DNA from: Octopus sinensis | Lineage: Eukaryota | NCBI RefSeq assembly: GCF_006345805.1 | Contig: NC_043001.1 | Coordinates: forward strand, 59,210,001 to 59,274,000 | DNA length: 64,000 nucleotides | Reading direction: 5' to 3' | Shown here: positions 1-14,600 of the stretch, one piece after another | How the letters are laid out: each line of letters starts with the position of its first letter | How positions within the stretch are numbered: the first letter of the stretch is position 1 | Translations under genes and position numbers: made by a program | Notes under the pieces: model-generated | Databases searched by the model: none | The model's input: only the letters and a program-made list of their open reading frames with translations | What the model was told of the DNA's origin: nothing

Positions 1-65
<65 letters not shown>

Positions 66-70
66 ACACA
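1..70. repeat. (CA)n microsatellite
   Basis: Near-pure CA dinucleotide run at the window start. Confidence 0.95.
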
Positions 71-74
71 TATA

Positions 75-230
75 TGTGTTACTCCCTTCTTACTCCACTT
101 GCAAAGCCTTTGCCGGGCCGTGACTATGGTACAAGACATTGGAAAACGTGCCATGCAGTAGATCTGAGCCCGGAACCATTTCGCTGAGAGGCAAGCTTCC
201 TGCTACACAGCTGCGGCACACTTCTGCACT
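75..230 (-). mobile_element. Decayed tRNA-derived SINE fragment
   Basis: Shares the motif cacttgcaaagcctttg / cactcacaaggctttg with fragments at ~55340-55385 and ~56420-56455. The segment gatctgagcccggaacc resembles a reversed B-box-containing head. Confidence 0.5.
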
Positions 231-437
231 AAATTTAAATGTATAGAAAGCAAAAGACAGAGGCAGCTCATGGTACAACAACAAAGGTGTATTAGTTGGA
301 CGTTCAGGAAAAATTGAAAAGTCGTTGACGTTTCCAGCCTATGCTCTTCAACAGAAAAGCAAAAAGAAAAGAAACAGGAAACGTAGAATGAAAACAAAGC
401 GCATCTGAATTGATAGCTACATAGTAATATATTTATA

Positions 438-624
<187 letters not shown>

Positions 625-855
625 GCAATAAAAATGGTAAATAACCAACAATTATTTACCGGTAAATTTCGGTATGTAAATACGACAAATTAATTGTCAG
701 GACCTTTGTAAGGTTCACTATATAGTAAAGTAAATAAGATGGCTAGCAGCAGGCTGTTTCGCCTCGTACCGAAGGAATTAGAAATGGCAGTCAAAGACCG
801 TTTTTTTTCCATTTTCTATAAGTGGAGATTCCAAAAACGAAGGCCCTTGCGGCTC

Positions 856-2100
856 ACATACACACATACATACATACACACACATACACACACATATACG
901 CACATACACATATACATACACACATGCACACACACACACACACATACATACGCACATTCATGCATACATGCATACATACACACACATACACACATACACG
1001 CATGTACACATACATACATACACACACACACACACGCATGCACACATACATACATACACACACACACATACATACATACATACATACATACATACATACA
1101 CACACACACTTCCACACATACACACATACATACATACACACACACACATACATACACACATACATACATACATACATACATACACACATACATATACACA
1201 TATACACATACACATACTTACATACACTCATACGTACACACATACACGCAGACATACACACATACACACTCACACATACATACATACACACACACATACC
1301 TACACACACTCTCGCATGCACGCGCACACACATGCATGCGCGCGCGCTCACATACATACATGCATGCACGCATGCCTGTGGGTTCTGGCTTTATCTCGGG
1401 TTCGTCTCTGGGCCGGCGCATTGTGCCTGGGGTTTCTCTTGCGCCTATCACCGCAGGAGTTTTTTCCATCATCCCTTCAGTTGCGAAGTGTGTCCTTGCA
1501 TGCATATATATACACACATATAAACATATAAACACACAAATAATACCCCTACATTTTGTACACAGACGCACATACATACATACATTTACTCCCACGCACT
1601 TACACACACACATTTACATATATATATACAATACACGGACACACACTTACACACGTACAAACACACACGAATTCACATACACACCGACACATATACATAC
1701 ACACAACATATACCTCCACGCGCACGCACACATGCACATACGTACACACATATAAGCACAGACACACACATACATACGCACACCAAAACATGCGCACACA
1801 TACGCACGCACATATACATACATGCACACAATTATACATATACGCACATATAAGCACACACACACACATACACTTAGTTAAGCACAATTACTCGCCATAC
1901 ACACCAAAAAACGCACACGTACACAGACACCTACTACAACAAAACACACACACGAGACATATACACGCACACACACATTCCTCCCTGTTTTCTGACCTGC
2001 CTTCCTGACTGCCTTCCTGACTCGCTACTGCTGCTTGCCACTAGCCTTCGCCCACCATATACACACATACACACACACGCACACAATCACACACACCCTT
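856..2100. repeat. Degenerate CA/TACA-rich low-complexity tract
   Basis: Interrupted (CA)n/(TACA)n; it produces the spurious His/Thr/Tyr and Val/Cys/Met ORFs in the track. Confidence 0.9.
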
Positions 2101-2269
2101 GTCATCTCGCACACCGTTGTTTACCATTCCTTCTTTGATTCCGCTCTCCTGTTTTTGAAAACCTGCTCCTTCTTGTTTACCCCTTCCGCCTTTCAGTATG
2201 TGACCTCGTGAAGACCACTTGCATTTTTTTCCCTCTGTCCTCCCACCTCGGGATCTTTCTTTCTCCTAT

Positions 2270-2304
2270 GTTTCCGACGAAGAGCTCCGCTCGAAACGTC
2301 ATAC
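2270..2304 (+). ncRNA. Decayed minimal type I hammerhead-like motif (Penelope-like element relic)
   Basis: gttt-CCGACGA-a-GAGC tcc GCTC-GAAAC-GTC-atac. Stem II is perfect, stem III is the palindromic ACGT type, the core has U4->C and stem I has one mismatch. Confidence 0.4.
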
Positions 2305-2396
2305 CCTCCTTCTTCCCTTCTTTCCTGAGCGCCCAATAATACTTTATTTGTTCCACATCCTCGCGTTGTTGTCTTTTTGTTTTCGTGTTTGGATTA

Positions 2397-2400
<4 letters not shown>

Positions 2401-2479
<79 letters not shown>

Positions 2480-2520
2480 TATACATATATTTATATATAT
2501 ACATATATATATATATATAC

Positions 2521-2597
<77 letters not shown>

Positions 2598-2632
2598 TAC
2601 AATATACATACACATATACATACATACATATA
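2401..2632. repeat. (TA)n microsatellite with TACA interruptions
   Basis: Direct reading. Confidence 0.95.
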
Positions 2633-3659
2633 TCTCTATATATATAAAAGGCAGTTTGTCTGTCTGTGTGTATGTCAGGTTGTACCCTCACCCTGACCAC
2701 GGCTTTCAACCGATTCTGATGAAACTTGACACACACATAGCCCAATGTTATAATTCAAAACTAACGCAGCAAAAATTTTGAAATGTTCTCCCAGTTCTGA
2801 AAAAAATTGGTAAATTCGACATGGCTCGAGAATCTAAGCTTATCACATGCAACACATTTTCCGTTGTAGTTTTCGCAACTTGCAATCGATTTTCACCAAA
2901 CACATGGTGAAGCTTAATGTTTCCCTAAGGAACGTAATTCTGACGCTAGTTTTCCATGCAATATCTTACCATCAGAAGAAATCGATAAAATCATGCCATT
3001 TTGGGAAATCGCGTTCAAATTCAAGATGACATATTTTCGATAATATCTTTAACAAATTGGCAGGAATTTTTTTTGAAATTCACAGCGAGCATCATGTCTG
3101 CTCCAAGGAGCTATATGGCCCTTTTGATTCCAATAGTATTCGTTATTACTGGAAAAAATCGGTTAATTACATCATATGTGGCACACATAGCAAACCGATT
3201 TTTCTGCGATATTTTTTGAAAGTTCACATAGATTTTCCCTACACCGATTTTGGACATCAAGTTTGCATTAAATATCAAACTAATGACCTTTTGTCAATGC
3301 AGTTAACAAGTATTGGGAGAAATCGACAAAACCATATCACTTTGAGACCGACCATGCGAACCTTACAAAACTGACTTTTGTTAAATAGCTGGCGGATTTC
3401 AGGCAATTTAGTCGATTTTTGCCGCTTTAATCATAAGGTTACTAGAAATGACATATGTTTTCCTTTTGCTTCAAATCCGAGCAATGCTGGGCCTTAGTCA
3501 GGCATGCAAGGGAACGGTGCCTTGAATGCCTTAATGCCTTTTAGGCTTCATTTTACAAAATAACGGTTCAATGAGTACAAAAAAGGGTAAAAAGGTAAAG
3601 GGCATTGCTTATCAACAAAGTTTCTTACATACCAGGGCAACGCCGGGCTATGCTGCTAG
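2633..3659 (+). mobile_element. Non-autonomous Helitron-like element
   Basis: 5' A|TCTCTATATATATAAAAG; 3' subterminal hairpin ccagggcaacgccggg, then CTAG|T; no TSD; inserted in (TA)n. Both termini match the element at 54789-55287. Confidence 0.75.
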
Positions 3660-3673
3660 TATATACATATATC

Positions 3674-4010
3674 TTAGAAATGCATCCCGGCGTTGCCCGA
3701 GGCACATTGTATTACTTTCTCCTTTCATATGGGCAGAATCGGCATAATGGAAGTTTTTGTTTGTTTAAAAGTGAAGGGGATGTTACAATTTGCATGAGTG
3801 TTTTCTGTTCTTAAGAATGATCACATGTATTGTTTCATCGCATAATAGGGGGTTAATACGATTTTGTCTAGAAATCACGTTTTCAAAATTATAATTACCC
3901 CCTCCCCCATCCTCACCGCAATTTCTTAATTTGTAACCTTTTTTTTCTTTTTTATCTATGTAGAAAAATACAGAGATAACGAATCTAGGAAATACATGTA
4001 TCTTTTATAG
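3674..4010 (-). mobile_element. Second Helitron-like 3' end, tail-to-tail with the previous element
   Basis: Minus strand reads ctcgggcaacgccggg-atgcattt-CTAA (hairpin + CTRR). The 5' boundary is uncertain. Confidence 0.5.
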
Positions 4011-5039
4011 TTTAATTTTTCTTAAAGAAACACTCAATACACCTTCCCCTACCTCACCCACCCATCACCTACTTGCTTTCACTTTTGTCTGATATTTACC
4101 GCATGCATAGAATTCTGCTGAAATAGCAAACTTAAAAGATACTAGACCACCACCAGAAAACCTGACACGCTAGAAATAACAGGTAAACTTCCTCGCTTTC
4201 AAAAAAGTTTAAAGTGAGACATTGGAAGTGTGTAGTTTTTTGAAAGTGGTGAGGTGAGGGATAAAATTCTTTAAGATTCGTACTCTCTGTTTTTCTCCAT
4301 AGATTACCAAGAAAGTATATTTGAAAAAAGTAAAAAATGAATTTGGTTTGGAGAAGGAGATAATTAAAATATTGAGCACGTGTTTTGTGGAGTGAAATGC
4401 TAATGTCCAGTATCGCAAGTATAGGAGTTGGAAGAAATTTAGGAAAGAAATAAGCCTATGGAGCGGAAATGTCACCTCGGACATGCTAGAGAGAAGAGAT
4501 AAAGGACAAGATTTCTGGTAAAATTTTCTTTTAAGTTTATATCGAAGATCAGGATTTTAAATACGCTCATAACATTACAAAAAAGTAAAAGATCATTTTA
4601 ATTGGATGTGATCTTTAAATTTGCTCTGAAATAAATAACATAATTCACTCAGTAATTCTTACACTCTGTAAGAAATAACATAGTTCGGACGGAAGTTTTA
4701 CCTAGAGTGTTTGTATGTGCGTGTGTGGGCATGTGTGTATGTGTGTGGAAGAAAATTATTTTATGGCATTCTTTCGTTTGAAGAAGCAAAGTTGGCAACA
4801 CGACATATAAGGGATCATAGGATGGTTCGATAATTCCTGTAAAATTCTTTTATTTATTTATGCTTTGAAAAGAGCAGAAATTGAAAGAGAGGTTAAAGTG
4901 ATAAAAACGACATTTGCTTAGAAATCAGAGAAGAAAGTAAAAGAGAGGAGAAAGTGAATGATGTACATGCTATGAAATAGACGTGTGTGTGTGAGAGAGA
5001 GAGAGAGAGAGAATAGAGACGAAGTGCGCGAGAGAGGGT

Positions 5040-6530
5040 GTCAAGATCACGCCAGCCATCTACGAACTCTGCTACGTCCGTAGCAGAGCTCACAAAGGCT
5101 ATTGACTCCCGGGAAAAGACGGCATCCCCTCAGACATCATCAAAGCCGGCAAAAACACCGCCCTGCTTCAGCACCTTCATGAGCTTCTGTGTCAATGCTG
5201 GGAAGAGGGTATCATCCCTCAGGATATGTGCGATGCTAACATCATTACGCTTTACAAAAACAAAGGTGAGTTAGTGATTGCAACAATTACCGTGGAATAT
5301 CTCTTCTCAGCACTGTTGGAAAGGCCCTTTGCCCGCGTAACCCTGTCCAGGCTACAACTGCTTACTTCTCGAATTTATCCAGAATCGCAGTGTGGCTTTA
5401 GAAGAATCAGATCAACTATTGACATTATATCTCCATAAGCCAACTTCAGGAGAAGTCCAGAGAGCAAAAAATGCCGTTATAAGCGGACTTCATTGATCTG
5501 ACTAAGACCTTTGACTTGGTCAGTAGAAAAGGCGTCTTCATCCTGCTTCAGAAAACCGTATGTCCACCAAAGCTGCTGAGGATCATTGAATCTTTCCATG
5601 ATGATATGCAAGGAACCATACAGCACAATGGTTCAAAATCAGCCGCCTTCTAAATAAAGAAGGGGGTAAAACAAGGCTGTGTTTTGACGTTATTTGGCAT
5701 TTTATCGCTGCTGCTATCACATGACTTTGAGACATCAGATGATGGAGCGTTTCTGCACAATATAAGTGGTGGGAAACCGTTCAATCTGTCGCATCTGCGT
5801 GCCAAGACCAAAATCAGAAGCGTCTTGATCAAGGAGATGCTCTTCGCTGATGATGCTGTTCTGGTATCACACTCAGAATAAGCCTTGTAAAGGTTCATCA
5901 AATGCTTTGAGCAGGAATTTAGAGACTTTGGCTTAGATATCAGCCTCAAGAACACTAACATCATGAGTCAGGTTACATCGGGCATCCCAAACATACATAT
6001 TGGAAACCATAGACTACAGGAGGGGGAGAAGTTTACTTGTCTTGACACTACCGTCACCTACAACCTATCCCTTGATGCCGAGCTCAATATACGCATTGGC
6101 AAGCCAGCTGCTGGGATGGTCCAAATCTCCAAACGGGCATGGGACAACAACAAGCTGATCAAGAGTTAACAAATGAAGACTTACCAGGCATGCGTACTTA
6201 GCACTCTATTGTATGGCAGTGAAACCTGGACGCCATACACACGCCAGGAGCGTCGTCTAAGTATATTTCACCTGCGCTGCCTCCGCAAAATACTTGGCAT
6301 CAAATGGCAGAATCTTGTCCCAAGGGACATGAAAGCCTGTGACATCAGTATTAGCAACTGGGGAGCGGTTGCCAGCAACCGTGGAGATTGGCGACACACC
6401 ACAGAAGAGGGAAAACAAAGGCGTGACAGAGAGAGGAGAAATGGAAAGGCAACGTTTTCGCTACATCTGCGTCACCTACCAGAGGGAGTGTTTGTCCGGG
6501 ATAGGATTACACAGCTACAGCAGCAGATGT
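5040..6530 (+). mobile_element. 5'-truncated, decayed RTE-clade LINE (reverse transcriptase pseudogene)
   Basis: Translated fragments PESQCGFRRIRST, FIDLTKTFDLVSR, KQGCVL, LFADD, and YQACVLSTLLYGSETWT...FHLRCLRKILGIKWQ are typical of RTE/BovB-type RT. Multiple stops and frameshifts. Confidence 0.88.
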
Positions 6531-6673
6531 AAATGATATGAAATGTAAAAACCAGACTGGATTATTTCATGCGCAAGTGTCAATAGCCAGCTGGATTGGA
6601 TGTCTAAATGGGGCTAACGTTGAGGGTTAGCCACATTTAGGTGGCAAATATACTTAACGATGTATAATATATA

Positions 6674-6749
<76 letters not shown>

Positions 6750-6755
<6 letters not shown>

Positions 6756-8080
6756 ATATTTCGGAATGGTCATATTGCCAGTTTAGCCAATAAAAACACA
6801 CGCACTATATATTTGGTGTTATTTTAGTTAGTTAGTTAGTTAGTTAATTTGGCTCAAAAGCAAATAGCAAGGCCATGTAGGGAGACGTGGAGTTAAGTAC
6901 AGGGTGGTGTTCATGTAAAGAGTTCAGGCCACTTGAGGTCCAGGGAGGCTTTGAACAAAGCGGTCGTCGGCATCTTCACCATCTCGTCTGGCAGCTTGTT
7001 CCACGGATCTGCAACCCGGACGGAGAAAGCTCCTCTCCTTCGATTGAGATGAAATCGTCGCAGGTAGAGCTTTTCGGAATGACCCCGCAGCCGACGCTCT
7101 GGAGCAGGAGTGAAGAACAGCTCTTTCGAGAGGTTACACTTTCCGCTTATGATGTTGTGGGCGAGAATGAGATCACTACGGCGGCGGCGTTTTTCAAGAG
7201 AATAAAGGTCGAGCGTCCTCAGCCTTTCTTCGTAGGACAGATTTTTGAGACCATGAACCATGCGGGTAGCCAGCTTCTGGACTCTTTCGAGATGCTATAT
7301 GTCTTTGAGGAGATAAGGAGAAGAGGCTTGAATCCCATACTCCAATATGGGTCTCACCAGCGTGACATAGAGTGGTTGGAATATGGCTGCTGTGAGCATT
7401 CCGAATGACCGTCGAATCAAGAACAGAATTCCGCGTGCTTTGTTGGCAGTATGGACGCACTGGGCCGAAGGCGAAAAGGAGGAATCCACCAAGATACCTA
7501 GGTCCTTTACCTGATCGGTCCTCTCCAGCAGCAGACGACCCGGCTCGAAATCAAGTTTAGTTGCAGGAGTAGAGCCGACAGGCAGATGACAGCACTTTGA
7601 CACGTTCAGACATAGGTCCCAATCGTTAGACCACTTCCAAATTTGGTGGAGGCATCGACGAAGATCCTCTATATTACCGCGAGGAGCGACCGGTTTGATA
7701 TCGTCGGCAAATAGAAGGGTGTGTTGCGTGAGGTCGTCGGGCAAGTCATTTATGAAGACTAAGAACAACAAGGGCCCAAGCACTGAACCTTGAGGCACGC
7801 CACTGCTCGCACGTATTTTGCTTCAGTGTTATTTATTTTTTACATTAATCTTAATCTTATTTAGGCCAGAGTTCTTTCGTTACACTCCTCTGACCACATC
7901 AGTGGTCCTTTGTTTTCTTCTTACTTATTTGTGTCTCTCCTTACTAACCGTCAGCCATTTTGTATTTCTATTGTATGTCTTCATTTGCGCATGATTATAT
8001 CTCTATGTGCGTCTATGTTTATTTAGTGTGTTTGTGGGGGGATGCCTGTAATAAAAAATCTTGCACAACAAATATTTAAA
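6750..8080 (-). mobile_element. Probable Penelope-like element terminal fragment, split by the CR1-like insertion
   Basis: The flanks 6750-6825 and 7814-8080 join across a TATTTT duplication. The minus strand at 7863-7908 carries a decayed hammerhead-like motif ggacca-CTGATGT-ggtca...taac-GAAAG-aa-CTC-tggcct. Confidence 0.4.
6826..7813 (-). mobile_element. 5'-truncated CR1-like LINE (RT C-terminal part, 3'UTR, (TAAC)n tail)
   Basis: GVPQGSVLGPLLFLVFIND...LFADD...DLGILVD...LVRPILEYG...LSYEERL...DPWNKLP, with one in-frame stop at ~7295. (TTAG)n tail on the + strand at 6826-6847. 6-bp TSD TATTTT at 6820-6825 and 7814-7819. Confidence 0.88.
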
Positions 8081-8081
8081 C

Positions 8082-8935
<854 letters not shown>

Positions 8936-9609
8936 CTTAACAACAAAACAACGAGTATATAATTGACAGCAACTATAGAAAGAAAAAAATAGCAAAAACA
9001 GAACAAGTAGAAAAATCAACAAAAAATTTTCAAATAGAGCAACAACTACAAAAAATAAATCAAAGAATAAAATAAACGAAGTAGAATTGCAAGCAAGCAG
9101 ACGATCGAAATTGAAGGCTCTCAAATGTGACACCAATATCTATAGACATAGTCGTTGTTTGACAAGTTGACAATAACAGAAAAGGATTCAGTAGGAACAT
9201 TCTAGCGTTTGAGAGCAACGTCAACATGAAGAGAATAGAAGAACGGGGTAGGGTTGTAAAGGAAAGACTGCCCGACAAGAACAAAAGATGGCCACATTCA
9301 GTAGTGTTGCTTCCGTTTACATCGACATTCCTTAGAAACTAACAGCCAGCCAATATCATCTTTATTTCCTGAACATGTCTGTCTCTCATCATCCTTATTT
9401 CCTCTCTTTTTACTTTTCCTTTTCCAAGAAATACGTCTTTCTTTAATTTTCTATTTCGTTTTTGCATAGTTTCTTCTTGTGTGAGTGTAGATGTGTGATT
9501 ATGTCTACAAATATATGTGTGCATGAATGTTGTGGAGTGTGTGTTTTAATGTATACGCATATATATTTGCTTGTATCATTTTATATTCTTTCATGATGCT
9601 ATATGTGAG

Positions 9610-10049
9610 ATGACAGTCTTCATACACACACACACTAATACTAATATAGGTACGCTCAAGCATACACACTTATAAATATATATACATTCATACAGGTACA
9701 CACACACATATGTATATGCACATACATACGTGCATGCATACATACATACATACGTACATACATATATGCATACATACATACATACATACGTACATACATA
9801 TATGCATGCATACATACATACATATATACATACATACATACGTACATACATATATGCATGCATACATACATACATACACATACATACATACATACTACAT
9901 ACATACATACGTACATACATACATACATACATACATATATACATACATACATACGTACATACATACATACATATATACATACATACATACGTACATACAT
10001 ACATACTACATACATACATACATACTACATACATACATACATACATACA

Positions 10050-10083
<34 letters not shown>

Positions 10084-10135
10084 CATACATACATACATAT
10101 ATACATACATACATATATTCATACATATACATATG
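9610..10135. repeat. (TACA)n tract
   Basis: Direct reading. Confidence 0.9.
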
Positions 10136-11646
10136 CATTTGCACGTACATTTCTATGGATATTTTTCGAAATATATAACTAAGAAGGATATGCGGAAATG
10201 CAGAAAATTTCAAATCTATGGTTCCTCTGTGGTAAAATACAAACCTTGACGCATAATGAATAGATAGGCAGGCATACTGATACATGCAATTTACAGGAAC
10301 ACATTAGAAAGAAATGATATATACTTTGGAAACACACGAAAATATAATTATCAAATGAAGTAAATATAGATCAATTGATGATGTGGATGATGACGATGCT
10401 GATGATGATGATAATGATGATGATGATGATGATGAGGAGGAGGAGGAGGGTGGTGGTGGTGGTGGTGATGGTACTTGAGTGGTATTATATATTATCGACC
10501 TATGAAGGTCGGTAATATTTAGTTGTCCTCGGCGATATTTCAATTCCGGCTAAAGAGAGCTGAAAGAAATATATAGTAATAGTAATAATAATAATAATAA
10601 CAATAATAATAATAATATGACCGAGAAACACTAATATGACCCAGTTTAGCATCGGGGAAAAATAACTCTCAAAGACTGGAACATCTACAATACCTCGTGA
10701 GTATTTAAAATTCTCTTCAAAATAAGTTAAGAAATTTACAAATTTACATATCTACACTTTTCAAACATACATCCGATCAGCTTTAAAAACTTTAATACCC
10801 ACAACGGCCTCTGTAAACACCTTTTTTTTTCTTCTCTCTAAAAACATCACGCTTTTCTTTTTGTGGACTTACAAAACCCTAAAACTTTCTATGAAAATCT
10901 GACTTTTCTTTGCTTCCTCCCTGAATATTCAAATATAAATGTAAACATATACTTTTTATTGCAAAAACACACCTGTTCTTCTAACTGGACATACAAACAT
11001 CTCTAGAAAAGTCAATTTCAACCTCCACAATATTACCTTACACGAAATATACAAACACTTTTTATCGCAATAACACAAACGCACATGGAAAAAAATAATG
11101 ATGCTAAGATTCTCTCTGGTCGAACACAACTTCTCTATTCACAAACAATACAGAACAGCCCTTCCTTAATTTTTCTTAAGGCTAATAGTAGTAAACATTT
11201 GAACTTTTTTTGACCGATAGGACCCCACCTAAAAAAAAATATCACTGATGGTGATGGTGATGATGGTGATGATGGTGATGATAATGATAGTAATAGTGCT
11301 GATAATCTATCTATCTATCTACACACACACTCAAAGAGTTCAACCAACACAAACCTCACCTCGGCTCTATTGTTAACCAAATATGAAAGTATTATTTGAC
11401 AGGCAAGAACTCTGGCGTTGAAGACAGTCAGCCAGCCAATCACCAAGCCAACCAACGAGACAGACAGACACTACTGTGATGGTGATAATGATAAAAAACA
11501 AAAATAACAATAATAAGATACTGTTGTGACTACACATAAAACAATATCATTGATGATGTTGATGATGATGGTGATGGTGATGATGATGATGATGATGGTA
11601 ATGGTGGTGATAGTGATAATAATGGTGATGATAATAACAATAATAA

Positions 11647-14600
11647 GCCGACTACGGCTGCTATAATGGTACGATTATAATTGTAACGGCAATGATGGCC
11701 GTCTCCCCACGAGCCAATCAAAGCTCAAAAATGATAACATTATCGTAGCACCAAAATGTTTTTGGAAACTAAAAGGAAAACTAAATCAGCATACCAAATC
11801 GCTTGACCTATGGTTAATCTGGAAGCGCGTCCCCCAGGGAAGAGCCAGCCTGGGATCGAAAAGTCATCAACTGGCACAAACTCTTCTCCGAATACGGACA
11901 TGGATGGTCACTTGAACGGGAAACCCCCCAACTCGAGCCCTCCAAGTTCACCACCACAACCACCACAGAAAGAAAAATGTAAGCGGAACAAATGGACCCG
12001 AGAAGAGTATAAAGAAGTAATATACACTTATTACTATGCATTAGGTAGGCCATCTCAAGAGAGACACACCGCAAACTCTTACAGTATATGGAGAACACGG
12101 AATCAAGACAGTAGGCCCTATTTGGACGAGAACAAATTAGCAAATGTGAGGAGGGATATCCTTAGAAATAACAGGCTCACAGACAGTGAAATAAACGCGA
12201 TCAAGCACGAAACGGAAAATGACATAAATATAAGACACAAAGGAAATGAAGAATCAGATGAACAGTATAGCCCGACACGAGGCTTAATTGAAAGACTGCC
12301 ATCTGACTAAAGTACGCAAAGGCCTGAAGATACAAGAAATTCTATTGTACCTGTTAAAGATAGCCAGGAAAACGATAAAACAACAGTAACTGAAGATCTC
12401 GCATTTGCTGAAGAACAGAGAGTCTATGGCAGAAATTAGGCAGAAAATCCTGAATACGCTTGAAGTTGTAAGACATACAAGTATGAATGATAGAGAACCA
12501 CTTCATAAACTCTCAAATACAAACCATAATAAAAAAACAAATCCAAATTGGCAACTATGTAACAAATGAAATAATACAAGAATTAAAACCTGATTTTACT
12601 GAGTTAAATGAAATTATTTACGCTTCTGCTAGGGCAATTGAAACCAGCTGTATGCCCCCGAAAAAACAAAGAAAACCAAACCTGGGAAGAAATCAAACCT
12701 GGAGAAGTAAAATTGAAAAAGAGATTGAATTTATGAGAGGGGAAATATCAATATTAAATGAACTAATATGTGGAAATGATGTAAGATCCAGAACAGGAAG
12801 AAAGATGAAAAGAAAATTTGGATCCTTACCAAGAGAAGAACTGATATCAATAAAAGAAACGCTGAAACAAAAAGTCCAAACAAAAGCCTAAAGAATACGA
12901 AGATTTGAGGAGAGAAACAAGTTTTACAAGCAAAATAAGCTGTTCACATCCAATGCCAAAAAATCCTAGAGAAATAGGGAAGGAGAAAGTAACCGTTAAA
13001 GACACCCCTCCCATGGAAGAAGTTCAAAACTTTTGGAAAAGGATTTGGAGTGACAAGAAGACGTACAACATAAATGCAGACTGGATTATACAAACTGAAG
13101 GATCCTACCAAAATTTACAACAAGCATGGAAAGACATCGCAATAGCAAACCTAAGAAAAGCACTCACGAAGGCCCATAATTGGAAATCCCCCGGTAAAGA
13201 TAGGGTGCCGAATTTCTGGCTCGCATCGCTCCCATGCGCACACGGTAAGCTAGTTCAGCTGCTCAATGGAATTACGAGAGACCCAAAGAAAACACCTGAA
13301 TGGTTAGCAATTGGTATTATTTACCTACTCCCAAAGAATAACGAAACCAACCTTCCAAAAAACTATCGGCCTAAAACCTGCCTATCCATCACGTATAAAA
13401 TCCTAAGATCTATCCTGGCGGAGAAAACATATGCATTCATGGAGAAGAACGATATTTTCCCCTTTGAACGAAAAGGGTGCCGCCGAGGCTCTTACGGATG
13501 CAAAGATCAACTGCTAATTAATCGTATGATCCTCGAGAACTGTCACAACAAGCGCAGAAATCTCAGCGCCGCATGGATTGACTATAAAAAGGCATTCGAC
13601 AGTATACTGCATCCATGGATCTTGAGATCGTTGGACATCTTCAAAATTTCCCCTGTGATTTCAAACTTCCTGAAGCACAATATGTCGTTGTGGAATACGA
13701 ATCTCCAATTATACCACTCTAATGGAGTACTTGCCTCAGAAAATATAAACATCAACTGTGGAATTTTTCAAGGTGACTCACTTTCACCTCTAATATTCTG
13801 CATAGCCCTAATACCCCTTACAAGTGAATTAAACAGAACAGGGTATGGGTATAAAATTGCCAATAAAAAAATAAGCCATCTATTTTATATGGACGACTTA
13901 AAACTCTATGGTAAAGACAATAATGAACTTGAAGACCTATTGCGCACTGTGAAAGCATTCAGCGATGACATTGGGATGGAGTTTGGACTTGAGAAGTGTG
14001 CCAAGGCCACTTTCCAGAAAGGGAAAGTGAAGACCACAAATTCAGTCGTGTTAGATGTTGACACAGTCATAAGAGAGCTTGAGCAAGAACAAGCATACAA
14101 ATATTTAGGGATAAATGAAGGCTCTGGTATTCAGCATGCAAGCATGAAAGAGAAAATCAGGAAGAAATGTTATAGGAGAGTTCGTGCAGTCCTGAAATCT
14201 GAACTAAATGCATGTAACAAGGTGTTAGCTATAAATTCTTTAGTAGTTCCAGTTGTTACTTATAGTTACAATGTGTTGAACTGGAATATGAGTAAAGTAA
14301 AGAATATAGATAGGAAAATACGCAAGCTGCTGAGTTGTAATAGGATGCACCACCCAAAGGCAGACGTAGATCGCCTTTACATTCCCAGAGCCCAAGGAGG
14401 TCGAGGCCTGATCCAATTTGAACTAGCTTACAAAACAACCACAAGTGGTCTGGCCAAATATCTCGAAATATCGAATGACTGGATGCTAAAGCTCGTGGAA
14501 AATCACGAGAGACGAAAGAAGCTTCATTCTATCATAAAGGAAAGCAAAAAATTTGCTATTGATCTCGTGCACGATACCAAAACTGAACAACCCGAGGGAA

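Noticed and set aside
2712-2730. ctgatgaaac in the Helitron-like element as a hammerhead
   Set aside because: No stem II between CUGAUGA and GAAA and no stem I/III pairing; it is one of the element's repeated ccgatt...aaa modules.
739-2745. Long ORFs (up to 338 aa) rich in His/Thr/Tyr or Val/Cys/Met, and similar ORFs at 8.3-10.3, 15.7, 39-41 and 44.8-45.3 kb
   Set aside because: They are translations of stop-free microsatellites, open in several frames and on both strands; no domain signal.
9100-9350. Ancient CR1/L2-like relic (DIGVTFESLQF)
   Set aside because: A single short motif resemblance; too decayed to call.
11647-11900. HDV-like ribozyme at the 5' end of the R4/Dong-like element
   Set aside because: Expected from related RLE elements, but I could not assemble a P1-P2-P3-P1.1-P4 pseudoknot by eye; only simple hairpins (cccag/ctggg) are visible.
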